From: a virus
Taxonomy: Duplodnaviria > Heunggongvirae > Uroviricota > Caudoviricetes
Length of the DNA: 64,000 nucleotides
Strand: one strand, 5' to 3'
Virus record (IMG/VR): IMGVR_UViG_3300037418_003103
Position numbers and translations under genes: made by a program
The notes under the pieces: generated by a model
The model's database searches: none
Told to the model about the DNA's origin: nothing
What the model saw: the letters and a program-made list of their open reading frames with translations, nothing else
Part shown: piece by piece, positions 28,941 through 38,156 of the stretch
How positions within the stretch are numbered: the first letter of the stretch is position 1
How the letters are laid out: every line of letters starts with the position of its first letter

Positions 28941-31900
28941 TTAACCAGTCACTGCTTCTGATTCACAACCAGTGCTATCAGTAATACTTGCTGTTAATGT
29001 TTTATTATGATCTACAATAATTCCTGTACCTGTGTATGGCGGAATACCATATCCGCTCCTTGCACTTACTGTATGTGTATATATGCCTGTTGGTAAACGT
29101 TTTGTGCTAATTACTGCTATAGGTTTAGAATTAGTTTTCACTGTCACAGTCTTAACTAAGGTCTGCATTCCAGAATCAGTAATGATTATTGTATATATGC
29201 CTGCCGATAAAGAATAATCTGAGGAGACATCAATTTCATTACCATCAAAATCGGTTGATTTGACTGTATAAGGCTTAGTTCCACCACTAATAGAAACATC
29301 AATATGACCATTTCCATCTTCGCCACATTTAGAGTCAGTAACAATTACATTACAAAATAATTTATCAGGCGCTTTAACATCAACAGTTGTAGTGTAGTTT
29401 TGAACTGGATTAGTTGAGTCTGTAAAAACAAATGTATTTATTCCAAACGGTACTTCATTTAATATATCGCCTTGTTTAATGCTCATAACTTTTGAAGTAT
29501 TATCTGGCTTCGTGTAAGTAAGGGTGTATGGTGCCTTGCCGCCAACAATTGCATATATTAAAATCTGACCATCGTTTGACGTCTGAGTCGTAGCGTTTTT
29601 ATTGATCTGTAGATAACAAGCTAACGCACCTGGAAGGCCTACTGTTACTGTTTTTTCCTGAGAATTACCTTTCAGGTCTGAAACAACTATTTTATACTCA
29701 CCATTCCTTAATCCGCTAATCATTCCGCTGCTTCCTACGGTTGGTCCGCTTGTATAATTTATTCCGCTCCACGTATAAGTATAAGGTTCAGTTCCGCCAA
29801 TAAAATTGAACGTTATGCTTCCATCGCTAGCATTTTCTGCTGTAACTGGTGTAAAACTACTCTCTATTATAAAATCATCTGAAACAGTTTTTGTACACTT
29901 GGTAAAGAATCTACTATTCATTTTATCCAATGCAGTTTTTCCTGGGTGTAGTCCGAAATAAAAAAAGAATGAGCCGCCAAGAGGTTGTTGATATGTTCCA
30001 CTGGCTGCGGGATAATAACTCCTAAATTTATCATAGGCTATGCCATTTACTTGCTTGAATCTACTATCAGAAACATTAAATGATGTTCCAAAGACTGGAG
30101 TGTTTATATCGCCAGTAAAACCAATATTATTTCCGTTAAGATTCAATCCATAAAACAAAAGTCCACCAGAGGGGTCATTCACTATCGGTGTGATCAGGCC
30201 TCCGCTTCCACCAGTAACAGGTATAAATCCATCTGTTAAAGAAAATACTGAAGTACCACTAATATTTAACCCATAAAACATGTTTCTTACGAATTTATTG
30301 GTACTATTTATGACATCAACAGGATCTGTTACATCATAAATGTCATTCAAACCAACAGTACAGTCAGCACCTGGCAAATCATTTCCTATTTCACATATTT
30401 TTCTAATATTACTACAATTACCCTCATCCAAACGAACACCACTACAATCTATTGTAAAAAAAACGCCATTTCCTGATGTTCTATTAGTAACGTTCGTCAT
30501 TCCACATACTACCGATCCATCATCCTCTGATTCAGTAATTACAGGAGGAAGTTTAAAACTAGTGGGTAATAAATATTGCTGTATTTTTGGCATTCCTTGC
30601 CAATCACAATCAAAGATAGAACCCAGGCTAATAATATCTGTGGCAAATAATCTAAATTTTCCATTATGCACAATGGGGCTATAATAAAGTACTTCATTAT
30701 AATCGCTTATAAATCCGTCCGAAAGGCTAACAGTATTATATGTCTTTTGATGGGAATCGTCAGACGGGTCAACACCGTTTCCTGTGCATGAATCAAGTAA
30801 TAACTTGCTATTACAATTGTTCTTATCAATAGAATCAGGAAAATCAGTGCAATCATACTCACAAAATTTTTCACTTCCTTTTCTTTTTTTCTTATATTTT
30901 AAGCTATAAGCATATAAACTTCCGTTAATCCAATCATTATAAAAATCAAGTTCAAAAACATCCAAATCTTCAGCTAAAACTGCTGATAAGCAATCAACAA
31001 AAACATCTGTTTTAACGCCATTACATTTCTTTGCGCCAACAATATAATCTATTTTTGGATCGGATGGACAAGTTAAGGGTATTGGTTCCACACTGCCAAA
31101 AATACGATTGCCTAGTATTTTTATATTATGAATAAAACATAATATCCCATTTAATACTGAAACAAACGTCGCAATTATAGAAACTAATATACATATAACT
31201 GAAAATATAGGACTGACATTAGTATCCATCCTATTATATGGAAATGGATTTTTTTCACCTGAGCACTTGGCCAAATCTTTCATGCCCAACGTATTCCTGT
31301 TGTCAACGCCGCCAGAGTTTTGAATTCTTGGTATGAAGCTCTTGATAGAATAAATCTTATTCCAATATAGATCAACAAAACTTGAATCCTTGGTTGTTTT
31401 ATCAAATGAAAAATCTCTATCCTCAAATTTTTCTGGATTATGAGGTATTAAAAATTTAGCACGGGTTCTTAATCGTCCAACGTCTCCTTTTTCATCCAAG
31501 CCAACTCTAAATCTGACGCGAGTTCTTGTTGGTACGCCCTTACTCTTATCGTCGGTTAAAATAAGATTGCCAAACTCATCTGTAACCATATAATCTAGAT
31601 TCATTGGGACCTGGTATGCCCATACTCCGTCGTCATCAATAACACGTCCGCCTTCCACATTATACTCCTCTATTCCTCCGTCATCAGTTTTTCTAATCAT
31701 TTCAACACTGCCAGCGCCAGTATTTGTTTCACAAATATTGCCCATTTTTTTTCTTGGGCGACAATTTTTATTAACACTATTTTTTTCGCTGTCTCCAAAA
31801 ATACTTCCCATGAAAATAGCTGCAGGTTTAATATCATAGTTAATGTCCACATCTACTCTAGATATACCAATTTCGAAATTATCTGTATCTCCCCAGAATG

Positions 31901-32579
31901 GAAGAACGTTTACACCTGTATTGATACTCTTAACTTGCGGAAGACTATCAAGATTTGTACTGGATTTAAATTTAGTAGATGTATCAAATAATTTATCTGA
32001 TGCACCCTGAGCTATTAAATCATACGGCCTTTGTGAAACAATTCCGATGTTAGATATATCTACGTCCACATGAAGCATATGATTACCTATTGGAACACCA
32101 AAAAGCATAAAGTCGCCAGCTTTATTAGTAACAGTGGTGTACTTGTAATACTTAGTATAAATGCTTAGTAATTTGTCATTATCAAGGATCTCTCTCTTGG
32201 ACGAAAACGTACCAACTGGCGTATAGCATGAATCATTGCTATCACTTTCATTAGGCAGCAAATTATACCTAACGCCATTAGTGTCTTTATCCGTAATAGT
32301 TTCAAACGGATATAATTTTGCAATTTCAGGGTTGTTTTTATCTTCAGTATCAATGGGTATAAATATAGAGACTCTTGCATTGGGAATGCCGAAACCTGAG
32401 TTAGCATAAACTCGGCCAACTACTACTCCATAATCAGAACAAAATTTTTGATACACTTTATCTTGGCTTATCTTTAGCGATAAGATCTCAATAAAATCAA
32501 AATCCTGATCAATTTGAGCTTTAATATATGTGTCGCCTCCGTCTGGCGTTGTTCTTATACGTATAGTATTTTTAGACAT
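28941..32579 (-). CDS. Large Cys-rich virion protein with C-terminal SprB-like repeats
   Basis: C-terminal repeats DGSITFNFIGGTEPYTYTWSG..GLRNGEYKIVVSD / DGQI..GGKAPYT / NGHIDVSISGGTKPY..LSAGIYTIIITD; central hydrophobic segment. Confidence 0.7.
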   Translation of the reverse strand: MSKNTIRIRTTPDGGDTYIKAQIDQDFDFIEILSLKISQDKVYQKFCSDYGVVVGRVYANSGFGIPNARVSIFIPIDTEDKNNPEIAKLYPFETITDKDTNGVRYNLLPNESDSNDSCYTPVGTFSSKREILDNDKLLSIYTKYYKYTTVTNKAGDFMLFGVPIGNHMLHVDVDISNIGIVSQRPYDLIAQGASDKLFDTSTKFKSSTNLDSLPQVKSINTGVNVLPFWGDTDNFEIGISRVDVDINYDIKPAAIFMGSIFGDSEKNSVNKNCRPRKKMGNICETNTGAGSVEMIRKTDDGGIEEYNVEGGRVIDDDGVWAYQVPMNLDYMVTDEFGNLILTDDKSKGVPTRTRVRFRVGLDEKGDVGRLRTRAKFLIPHNPEKFEDRDFSFDKTTKDSSFVDLYWNKIYSIKSFIPRIQNSGGVDNRNTLGMKDLAKCSGEKNPFPYNRMDTNVSPIFSVICILVSIIATFVSVLNGILCFIHNIKILGNRIFGSVEPIPLTCPSDPKIDYIVGAKKCNGVKTDVFVDCLSAVLAEDLDVFELDFYNDWINGSLYAYSLKYKKKRKGSEKFCEYDCTDFPDSIDKNNCNSKLLLDSCTGNGVDPSDDSHQKTYNTVSLSDGFISDYNEVLYYSPIVHNGKFRLFATDIISLGSIFDCDWQGMPKIQQYLLPTSFKLPPVITESEDDGSVVCGMTNVTNRTSGNGVFFTIDCSGVRLDEGNCSNIRKICEIGNDLPGADCTVGLNDIYDVTDPVDVINSTNKFVRNMFYGLNISGTSVFSLTDGFIPVTGGSGGLITPIVNDPSGGLLFYGLNLNGNNIGFTGDINTPVFGTSFNVSDSRFKQVNGIAYDKFRSYYPAASGTYQQPLGGSFFFYFGLHPGKTALDKMNSRFFTKCTKTVSDDFIIESSFTPVTAENASDGSITFNFIGGTEPYTYTWSGINYTSGPTVGSSGMISGLRNGEYKIVVSDLKGNSQEKTVTVGLPGALACYLQINKNATTQTSNDGQILIYAIVGGKAPYTLTYTKPDNTSKVMSIKQGDILNEVPFGINTFVFTDSTNPVQNYTTTVDVKAPDKLFCNVIVTDSKCGEDGNGHIDVSISGGTKPYTVKSTDFDGNEIDVSSDYSLSAGIYTIIITDSGMQTLVKTVTVKTNSKPIAVISTKRLPTGIYTHTVSARSGYGIPPYTGTGIIVDHNKTLTASITDSTGCESEAVTG

Positions 32580-32889
32580 AACTTTCTTCTGTATCTTCTG
32601 TGTCTTCTACATCTTGGAGTTTATAGTCATTTGAATCGATGTATTCATAAACGATCTCTGGCTTACGCTGGCCATTCAGACGCTTCAACGCATAGCGTAA
32701 AACTGGTATTAAATCCACTCTATTTGAGAGTACAATATGATAAAATAATATTATAATAATACCTACAATGATTACAGGTAATAATAACATCATTAATAGA
32801 AATACAAAAATATTTCCAAAACGTATATTAATAGGATTCTTTGAAATGCTTTCAGAATTTGAATTTTTTGGCGCTTTACAACATGACAT
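32572..32889 (-). CDS. Small membrane protein (MSCCK start, long hydrophobic segment)
   Basis: 105 aa; FVFLLMMLLLPVIIVGIIIILFYHIVL. Confidence 0.6.
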   Translation of the reverse strand: MSCCKAPKNSNSESISKNPINIRFGNIFVFLLMMLLLPVIIVGIIIILFYHIVLSNRVDLIPVLRYALKRLNGQRKPEIVYEYIDSNDYKLQDVEDTEDTEESYV

Positions 32890-32947
32890 GTTTGATAGAA
32901 TTAATTTTTTTTTTAATTATAGGTTTTTTAGATATAAAGGAAATGGT

Positions 32948-34762
32948 TTATTTAACCCTTACACTAATATCTTTAGTAGGATTTAGAACTTCAAACATAG
33001 TCATTGGCTCTCCATATAGTGTATAATCCGCACTAACATCTATTTGTCTAGTTTCTGCGTCCAAATAAGGCTGTGTAATCTCGTTAAGAGAATAATTTCC
33101 TCCAACTTTATTATAAATTCTTAAATCAATAACATTTAAAACACCACCAACATTGTTAATCAATTCTATTAATGCTGATAAATATATATTCTCACCCATT
33201 TGAAAGTTATTCACACTCATATATTGAGTTATATCTGTAATAACCTGGCTTACTATTTGTGATTGAGAAAATTGTTTATCAATGAATAGGTCAACTTCGA
33301 AAGCTAGATTAACTATTCTTCCGTTCCCTACAACAACATAATCGTTTATTGACTTATAATCCGATAAGTAATTTTCTATGTTTTGCTTAAGGGTGCTTGT
33401 TATGGAACTGGTAAGTGTTCCATCGCCATTAAGGCCTAAAATATATACTTTAATCTTGTTTTGTATTTCAATGACACCACATCTAAATGGTTTTCCAAAT
33501 TCGCTTGGCATTAACTGAATTCTAGAATTATAGTCCTTAATGTTAACTGCTCTATTCTGAGAAGAAAAATTATAGCGTACTAAATTTCTTACTTCATCTA
33601 CTGATGGAGCGTCCTTGCCCCCAAGTGCTGGAAATAAATTATTAACCTTTAAGGAAGACTTAACTAAATTATTCTTGTTTATATCTTCACCATTTACAGA
33701 TATATCTACAATTCCTAAATTTCTTAATACTCCTTGGCCAAGATTAGTGTCTGCTCCGCCTCCAACTCTATATTTTATAAAAAGAGTTGTATTTGGTGAA
33801 TGGACAATACCAAGTGATAAATTATTAATAAAATCTCCAATTTGATTTAATAGCGCTGAATTCGTGTCAAATTCATTTAATGAACTAATATCCTGCGATC
33901 CACCGCCAAAAATTATCTTCGTAAAGCCCAAATCAGTGTATTCTCTAATAAATTTCTTATCAGTTTTTATATATTTACCTGGAATAATTCCTGGATTGTC
34001 ACTAATAATGCTCATATCCTCTATAAAAACTTTATCCTCTGCAAGTGCATCCATTTCAAACCATCTGTTATTTATATTTGTGAAATCATAAAGACTTGGC
34101 TCTGCAATATAATTACTACCATTGAGTGTTATCACGCTCTCTATTGAGATAACATTATCATCAGGTAGTACTACCTCAAGAAATGGCTTTACATCTGCAA
34201 CAGTTATAGCTTTTTTAAAAACTTTTGTGTAGCCATTCTTTACCATCTCTCTCTTTGTTAGAGTATAATTCAAAAGATTCCCATTTGTATCAAAATTCGG
34301 TATGATTATTCTGTTAGGAATTCCACCTATTGAAAAAGGTGAAGAAAAATCAATATCATTACTTGTTTCAAACGTTTTACCAGCCCCATTAATTTGTGCT
34401 CCACTTCTGATTATGGGTGCATATTGAAGATCAAACGAATCTCCATTAACAGGAACTGTGACTGTAAAGTCAACAAGAGTCACGCTCGGACTCTTGCCTG
34501 GTATTTTTAAACCAAATGTTCTTGCCATTGAGAGGATTGATTTCCTCTCCTGAGCATAATCAATTTGAGTTTCCTGAAACATTCTATCTGTATTTGCAGA
34601 AAGCATGTCTCCAACAGCTGAATTTAACTCAATAAGCATCATACCGATGCTACTATCGTTTAGATCATTGAATATATCAGGATAATACTGCTTGGCAAAA
34701 TTGATTAAATCAGTTCTGATATCAAGAAAGTTCCTAGACGTATATGCAATGCCTTTAGCCAT
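32948..34762 (-). CDS. Baseplate wedge protein (baseplate J / T4 gp6-like)
   Basis: YTSRNFLDIRTDL..YYP, IIFGGG, YRVGGGADTN, GGKDAPSVDEVR, QNRAVNIKDY motifs. Confidence 0.85.
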   Translation of the reverse strand: MAKGIAYTSRNFLDIRTDLINFAKQYYPDIFNDLNDSSIGMMLIELNSAVGDMLSANTDRMFQETQIDYAQERKSILSMARTFGLKIPGKSPSVTLVDFTVTVPVNGDSFDLQYAPIIRSGAQINGAGKTFETSNDIDFSSPFSIGGIPNRIIIPNFDTNGNLLNYTLTKREMVKNGYTKVFKKAITVADVKPFLEVVLPDDNVISIESVITLNGSNYIAEPSLYDFTNINNRWFEMDALAEDKVFIEDMSIISDNPGIIPGKYIKTDKKFIREYTDLGFTKIIFGGGSQDISSLNEFDTNSALLNQIGDFINNLSLGIVHSPNTTLFIKYRVGGGADTNLGQGVLRNLGIVDISVNGEDINKNNLVKSSLKVNNLFPALGGKDAPSVDEVRNLVRYNFSSQNRAVNIKDYNSRIQLMPSEFGKPFRCGVIEIQNKIKVYILGLNGDGTLTSSITSTLKQNIENYLSDYKSINDYVVVGNGRIVNLAFEVDLFIDKQFSQSQIVSQVITDITQYMSVNNFQMGENIYLSALIELINNVGGVLNVIDLRIYNKVGGNYSLNEITQPYLDAETRQIDVSADYTLYGEPMTMFEVLNPTKDISVRVK

Positions 34763-34841
34763 GTTTTTTTGTTTATAATAAATATAAGTAAGTAATTTTT
34801 TTAGGAAATAGTTTAAACATAGAACATTGGACTATTTATGT

Positions 34842-34849
34842 TATATTTG
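34842..34849 (+). promoter_or_regulatory. Bacteroidota -7 element for the small plus-strand ORF
   Basis: TATATTTG, 15 nt before ATG 34865. Confidence 0.5.
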
Positions 34850-34864
34850 TAAAAATAAATCTAT

Positions 34865-35035
34865 ATGAAAAAGAAGCTAAATGGTTTGAATCACGATAGC
34901 AAAAATAGAGAAGAAGCCAAGAAACAAGGTTTCTACGATGGTAGATTCAGAAACAAGGTGGTTCCTGATAAAAAGAAAGAAGAAAATAAGAATGCTGCTA
35001 AAAAATTCCGTGGAAAGGACTCATCAGAGTTATAA
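34865..35035 (+). CDS. Small basic protein (56 aa; missing from ORF track)
   Basis: MKKKLNGLNHDSKNREEAKKQGFYDGRFRNKVVPDKKKEENKNAAKKFRGKDSSEL; fills the gap between baseplate genes and has its own promoter element. Confidence 0.7.
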   Translation: MKKKLNGLNHDSKNREEAKKQGFYDGRFRNKVVPDKKKEENKNAAKKFRGKDSSEL

Positions 35036-35416
35036 TTTTATAACCACAAAATCATCCTCAGTAAATACACCATCCGAAACAGTATAATCTAGCCTTACTT
35101 CTGCAGCATATTCGCTTTCCTCAGACTGAACAACATTTATTGAATTTATCTGGAGGTTTGGTAAATATCTTTTAACTGATGTGGTAATTTCATCTTGAAT
35201 TTGTTGAAACGACGGTGAATCTTCTGGTTCAAATATATACTGAATTAAATTAGTACCAAAATTAGGATTGTATAGCCTCTGACCTCTTCTTGTTAATAGT
35301 AAATGCATTAGATCACTCTTTATAGCCTGGCTATCAGTTGTATTAAGGTTTAAAAATAACCCATCTGGGCTGTCCTGAAAAGGAAATTTAATATTTATAT
35401 ATCTTTTAGTTGCCAT
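35030..35416 (-). CDS. Baseplate wedge protein, GPW/gp25 family
   Basis: AIKSDLMHLLLTRRGQRLYNPNFGTNLIQYIFEP; likely start MATKRY at 35416 after a TATTTAT motif. Confidence 0.88.
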   Translation of the reverse strand: MATKRYINIKFPFQDSPDGLFLNLNTTDSQAIKSDLMHLLLTRRGQRLYNPNFGTNLIQYIFEPEDSPSFQQIQDEITTSVKRYLPNLQINSINVVQSEESEYAAEVRLDYTVSDGVFTEDDFVVIKL

Positions 35417-35442
35417 ATAGTAATAAATATCTAACAAAGTAA

Positions 35443-35477
35443 ATAAAAAACGGGAAACAATATTTCCCGTTTTTTAT
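35443..35477. terminator. Intrinsic terminator (bidirectional shape) after nrdJ
   Basis: ATAAAAAACGGGAAA-caata-TTTCCCGTTTTTTAT. Confidence 0.85.
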
Positions 35478-35493
35478 TATAACTCATTGACTA

Positions 35494-38133
35494 TCAACAC
35501 TTTGAGAAACCACAGTTTTTACACTTCTTGCATCCTTCTTCGTAAATCATGGTTGGTTGATGACACTCAGGACATTCTTCATTAGTTGCTTCGTTAGGAA
35601 TATACTTTTTAAGCATTCTTGCAATTACTTTAGGGAATGATGTAATCTGAACTTCTGATTTCTCAACCTGTTCAGCGATGAACTTAGGGTTAGCACCATG
35701 CCTTAACAAGAGAGAAATCCATCTGGTGAGCAATTTCTCATCAGTGTGCTCCTGTGATAATTGTAAATTATCAATAGTATATTTTTCTGAAATAAATTTA
35801 TAAACACCTCTTTTTACCTTAACAATTTTACCTTTTAAATGTTCTTCAGCCGTTGGAGATTCAAAGACAAACACCTCGTAAGGTACTTCATTCATAAGAC
35901 CAACGATTACTGCATATTTTTTACCCTTAGAAGTCACGAAGTAATAATCGGCATTAAGTTCTTTAGGTCTTTTTGGTGCATCAGTATAACCAAATTTATC
36001 TACTTTTTTTGTTGGTTCATTAATTAAAACCCCTGACCTGCTCCCATCACGATATACTGTAACGCCTTTTAAACCTAGTTTCCACCCAGTCAAGTATATG
36101 TTTGCAACAGTTGATTTAGGTACATCTGTTGGAAGGTTTATAGTACAACTAAGCGCATTTGACGTGTACCTCTGAATAATAGCATTCATCTTAACCCTAT
36201 CTTCCCAGCTAATATCATTAGCTTCACTACCATACCAAGGAGATTGCTCAAATGAGTAGGATAATTCTAGTTTTGATGAATTATCTATCAGCTTTTTAGC
36301 TCCTTCATCCGTTGCTCCTTTAGATTTAAAGTTCAGTATAAGCCACTCTTTAAACTTAGGATGAAGTATTGCATATTCTTGCCATGTATCTCCATTTTGA
36401 TCTGTAAAATCAATTCTTACATTAGTATCATTAGGATTAATCTTCTTTCTCCTAATATAATAAGCTTTAAACAGAGGTTCCAAACCACTTGTTGTTTGAG
36501 TCATAAGACTTACGGTTCCTGTTGGAGCAACAGTAGACCAGCTCACGTTACGTCTCCCATTCTGAAACATTCTTTCTGCCTGGATAGGAAATTCTTCCAT
36601 AAGCATCTTGTAGAAACTATTCTTACCTACAAGTTCTCCATTCTCAATATCAAATTCAACGTCCTTATTGTGACCTTTAAACGCACCTCTAGTTATTGCC
36701 ATATCAATGCTTGCGTCAAGTTCAGCCATCATTTTTATTTTCATAACAACTTCTGCCGCATCTCGGCCATCCTGACTACCGTATTTAACATTCAATGCTG
36801 CAAGCATATCTCCCAGCGCTGTAAACCCATTCCCTGTTCTTCTGCCATCTCTCGTTGTATTTCTGATACTGGTCCATAGATTAATCTCCCTGGCTTTTAC
36901 CTCTTCTGGCTCTGGATCTTTCTTAACTTTATCTATTATTCTCTGAATGTATTGAACTTCCAGGTCGATAAGATTATCGCCAAGACGCTGTTGCATATAA
37001 GATACTTCATAAACTTTTTCTACATTAATCGCTGCATTTTCTGTAAATGGGTTATCAATAAAATAAAAGAAATTTTCGGCAATCAATCTGCATGCATCAT
37101 AATCACCCATCCATATTTCGCCGCAGGGATTACATTTAGTTGGCCGAAACCTTGGATAAACTCCATCAGGAGCATAATCCTGAATTCTGTCAATATATGC
37201 CACCCCTGGTTCTGCATTCTTCCACGCCATTTCTACAATAAGATCAAACAATTCCTTTGCATGAATTCTCATTACATATACTGGTGCCTGACTACCTTCA
37301 AGCGTTTTCATTTCGTTGTAAGGCAAATCTTGGTTAGCTTCTAATAACGAGTTAAATTTTTCTATCGGTGAGTCAATTGGAAACCTACAGAAAAAATCTG
37401 CGTCCAATTCAACCGATCTAAGGAATTCATCTGTAAGCATACTAGAAACGTTTGCTCCTGTTACCTTTGTTTTATCATCCTTAGCTGTAACAAATTTAAA
37501 TATATCTGGATGCAAGCAATGAAGCAATAGCATGAGTGCTCCTCTACGCCCATCTTGTGCAACCTCTCTGGTTGTATTACTATATCTTTCCATAAATGAA
37601 GGAACACCTGTACTAGTCTTTGCTGCATTAGATACCTTAGCTTTTGTAGGCCTTAACGAATCAAGTCTTGTACCCACGCCACCTCTGCGTTTCATTAATT
37701 GAGTTAACTCTTCGTCTGTTTTTAACAATCCTGAATATGAATCATACGGTGCTGGTATCACAAAACAATTGCTAAGGCTACCAAATACATACGGATTACC
37801 TAAGTTACTCATTATTGAGCCCTGTGGAACTATCTTTCTAAACTTCTCGAAGTATGTATATATTTCATTAACTACGTCCTTTTTGCTCTGTGATTTTCTT
37901 CTCTCGATGAGTCGTCTTCCAAAAGAAGACAAGTGATCTATATTTTTTGCCTCTATTTCTTCTCGCCTGTATGAATACTCTACTTCACCAAACTCTTTGG
38001 CAAGACGCCAATGCATATTGTCTGGCGTTGACTCCATTTCTATATTATTATCATCTTTCATCTGATATTTACTAGCCCAAGAATCAGCGGCCATTTTATC
38101 ACCATTAAAATATTCAGTTAAACTATTATCCAT
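35494..38133 (-). CDS. nrdJ: Class II (adenosylcobalamin-dependent) ribonucleotide reductase
   Basis: SLSNCFV, RRGGVG, GRRGALM, NPCGE, TVAPTGTVS, KGVTVYRDGSR; C-terminal CPEC...EEGCKKCKNCGFSKC; no nrdB seen in the window. Confidence 0.92.
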   Translation of the reverse strand: MDNSLTEYFNGDKMAADSWASKYQMKDDNNIEMESTPDNMHWRLAKEFGEVEYSYRREEIEAKNIDHLSSFGRRLIERRKSQSKKDVVNEIYTYFEKFRKIVPQGSIMSNLGNPYVFGSLSNCFVIPAPYDSYSGLLKTDEELTQLMKRRGGVGTRLDSLRPTKAKVSNAAKTSTGVPSFMERYSNTTREVAQDGRRGALMLLLHCLHPDIFKFVTAKDDKTKVTGANVSSMLTDEFLRSVELDADFFCRFPIDSPIEKFNSLLEANQDLPYNEMKTLEGSQAPVYVMRIHAKELFDLIVEMAWKNAEPGVAYIDRIQDYAPDGVYPRFRPTKCNPCGEIWMGDYDACRLIAENFFYFIDNPFTENAAINVEKVYEVSYMQQRLGDNLIDLEVQYIQRIIDKVKKDPEPEEVKAREINLWTSIRNTTRDGRRTGNGFTALGDMLAALNVKYGSQDGRDAAEVVMKIKMMAELDASIDMAITRGAFKGHNKDVEFDIENGELVGKNSFYKMLMEEFPIQAERMFQNGRRNVSWSTVAPTGTVSLMTQTTSGLEPLFKAYYIRRKKINPNDTNVRIDFTDQNGDTWQEYAILHPKFKEWLILNFKSKGATDEGAKKLIDNSSKLELSYSFEQSPWYGSEANDISWEDRVKMNAIIQRYTSNALSCTINLPTDVPKSTVANIYLTGWKLGLKGVTVYRDGSRSGVLINEPTKKVDKFGYTDAPKRPKELNADYYFVTSKGKKYAVIVGLMNEVPYEVFVFESPTAEEHLKGKIVKVKRGVYKFISEKYTIDNLQLSQEHTDEKLLTRWISLLLRHGANPKFIAEQVEKSEVQITSFPKVIARMLKKYIPNEATNEECPECHQPTMIYEEGCKKCKNCGFSKC

Positions 38134-38156
38134 TCCTATTAATATTTTTTTTTAAT

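Noticed and set aside
35494-38133. Intein or intron in nrdJ
   Set aside because: Catalytic motifs are contiguous and the length is normal; no splice motifs.
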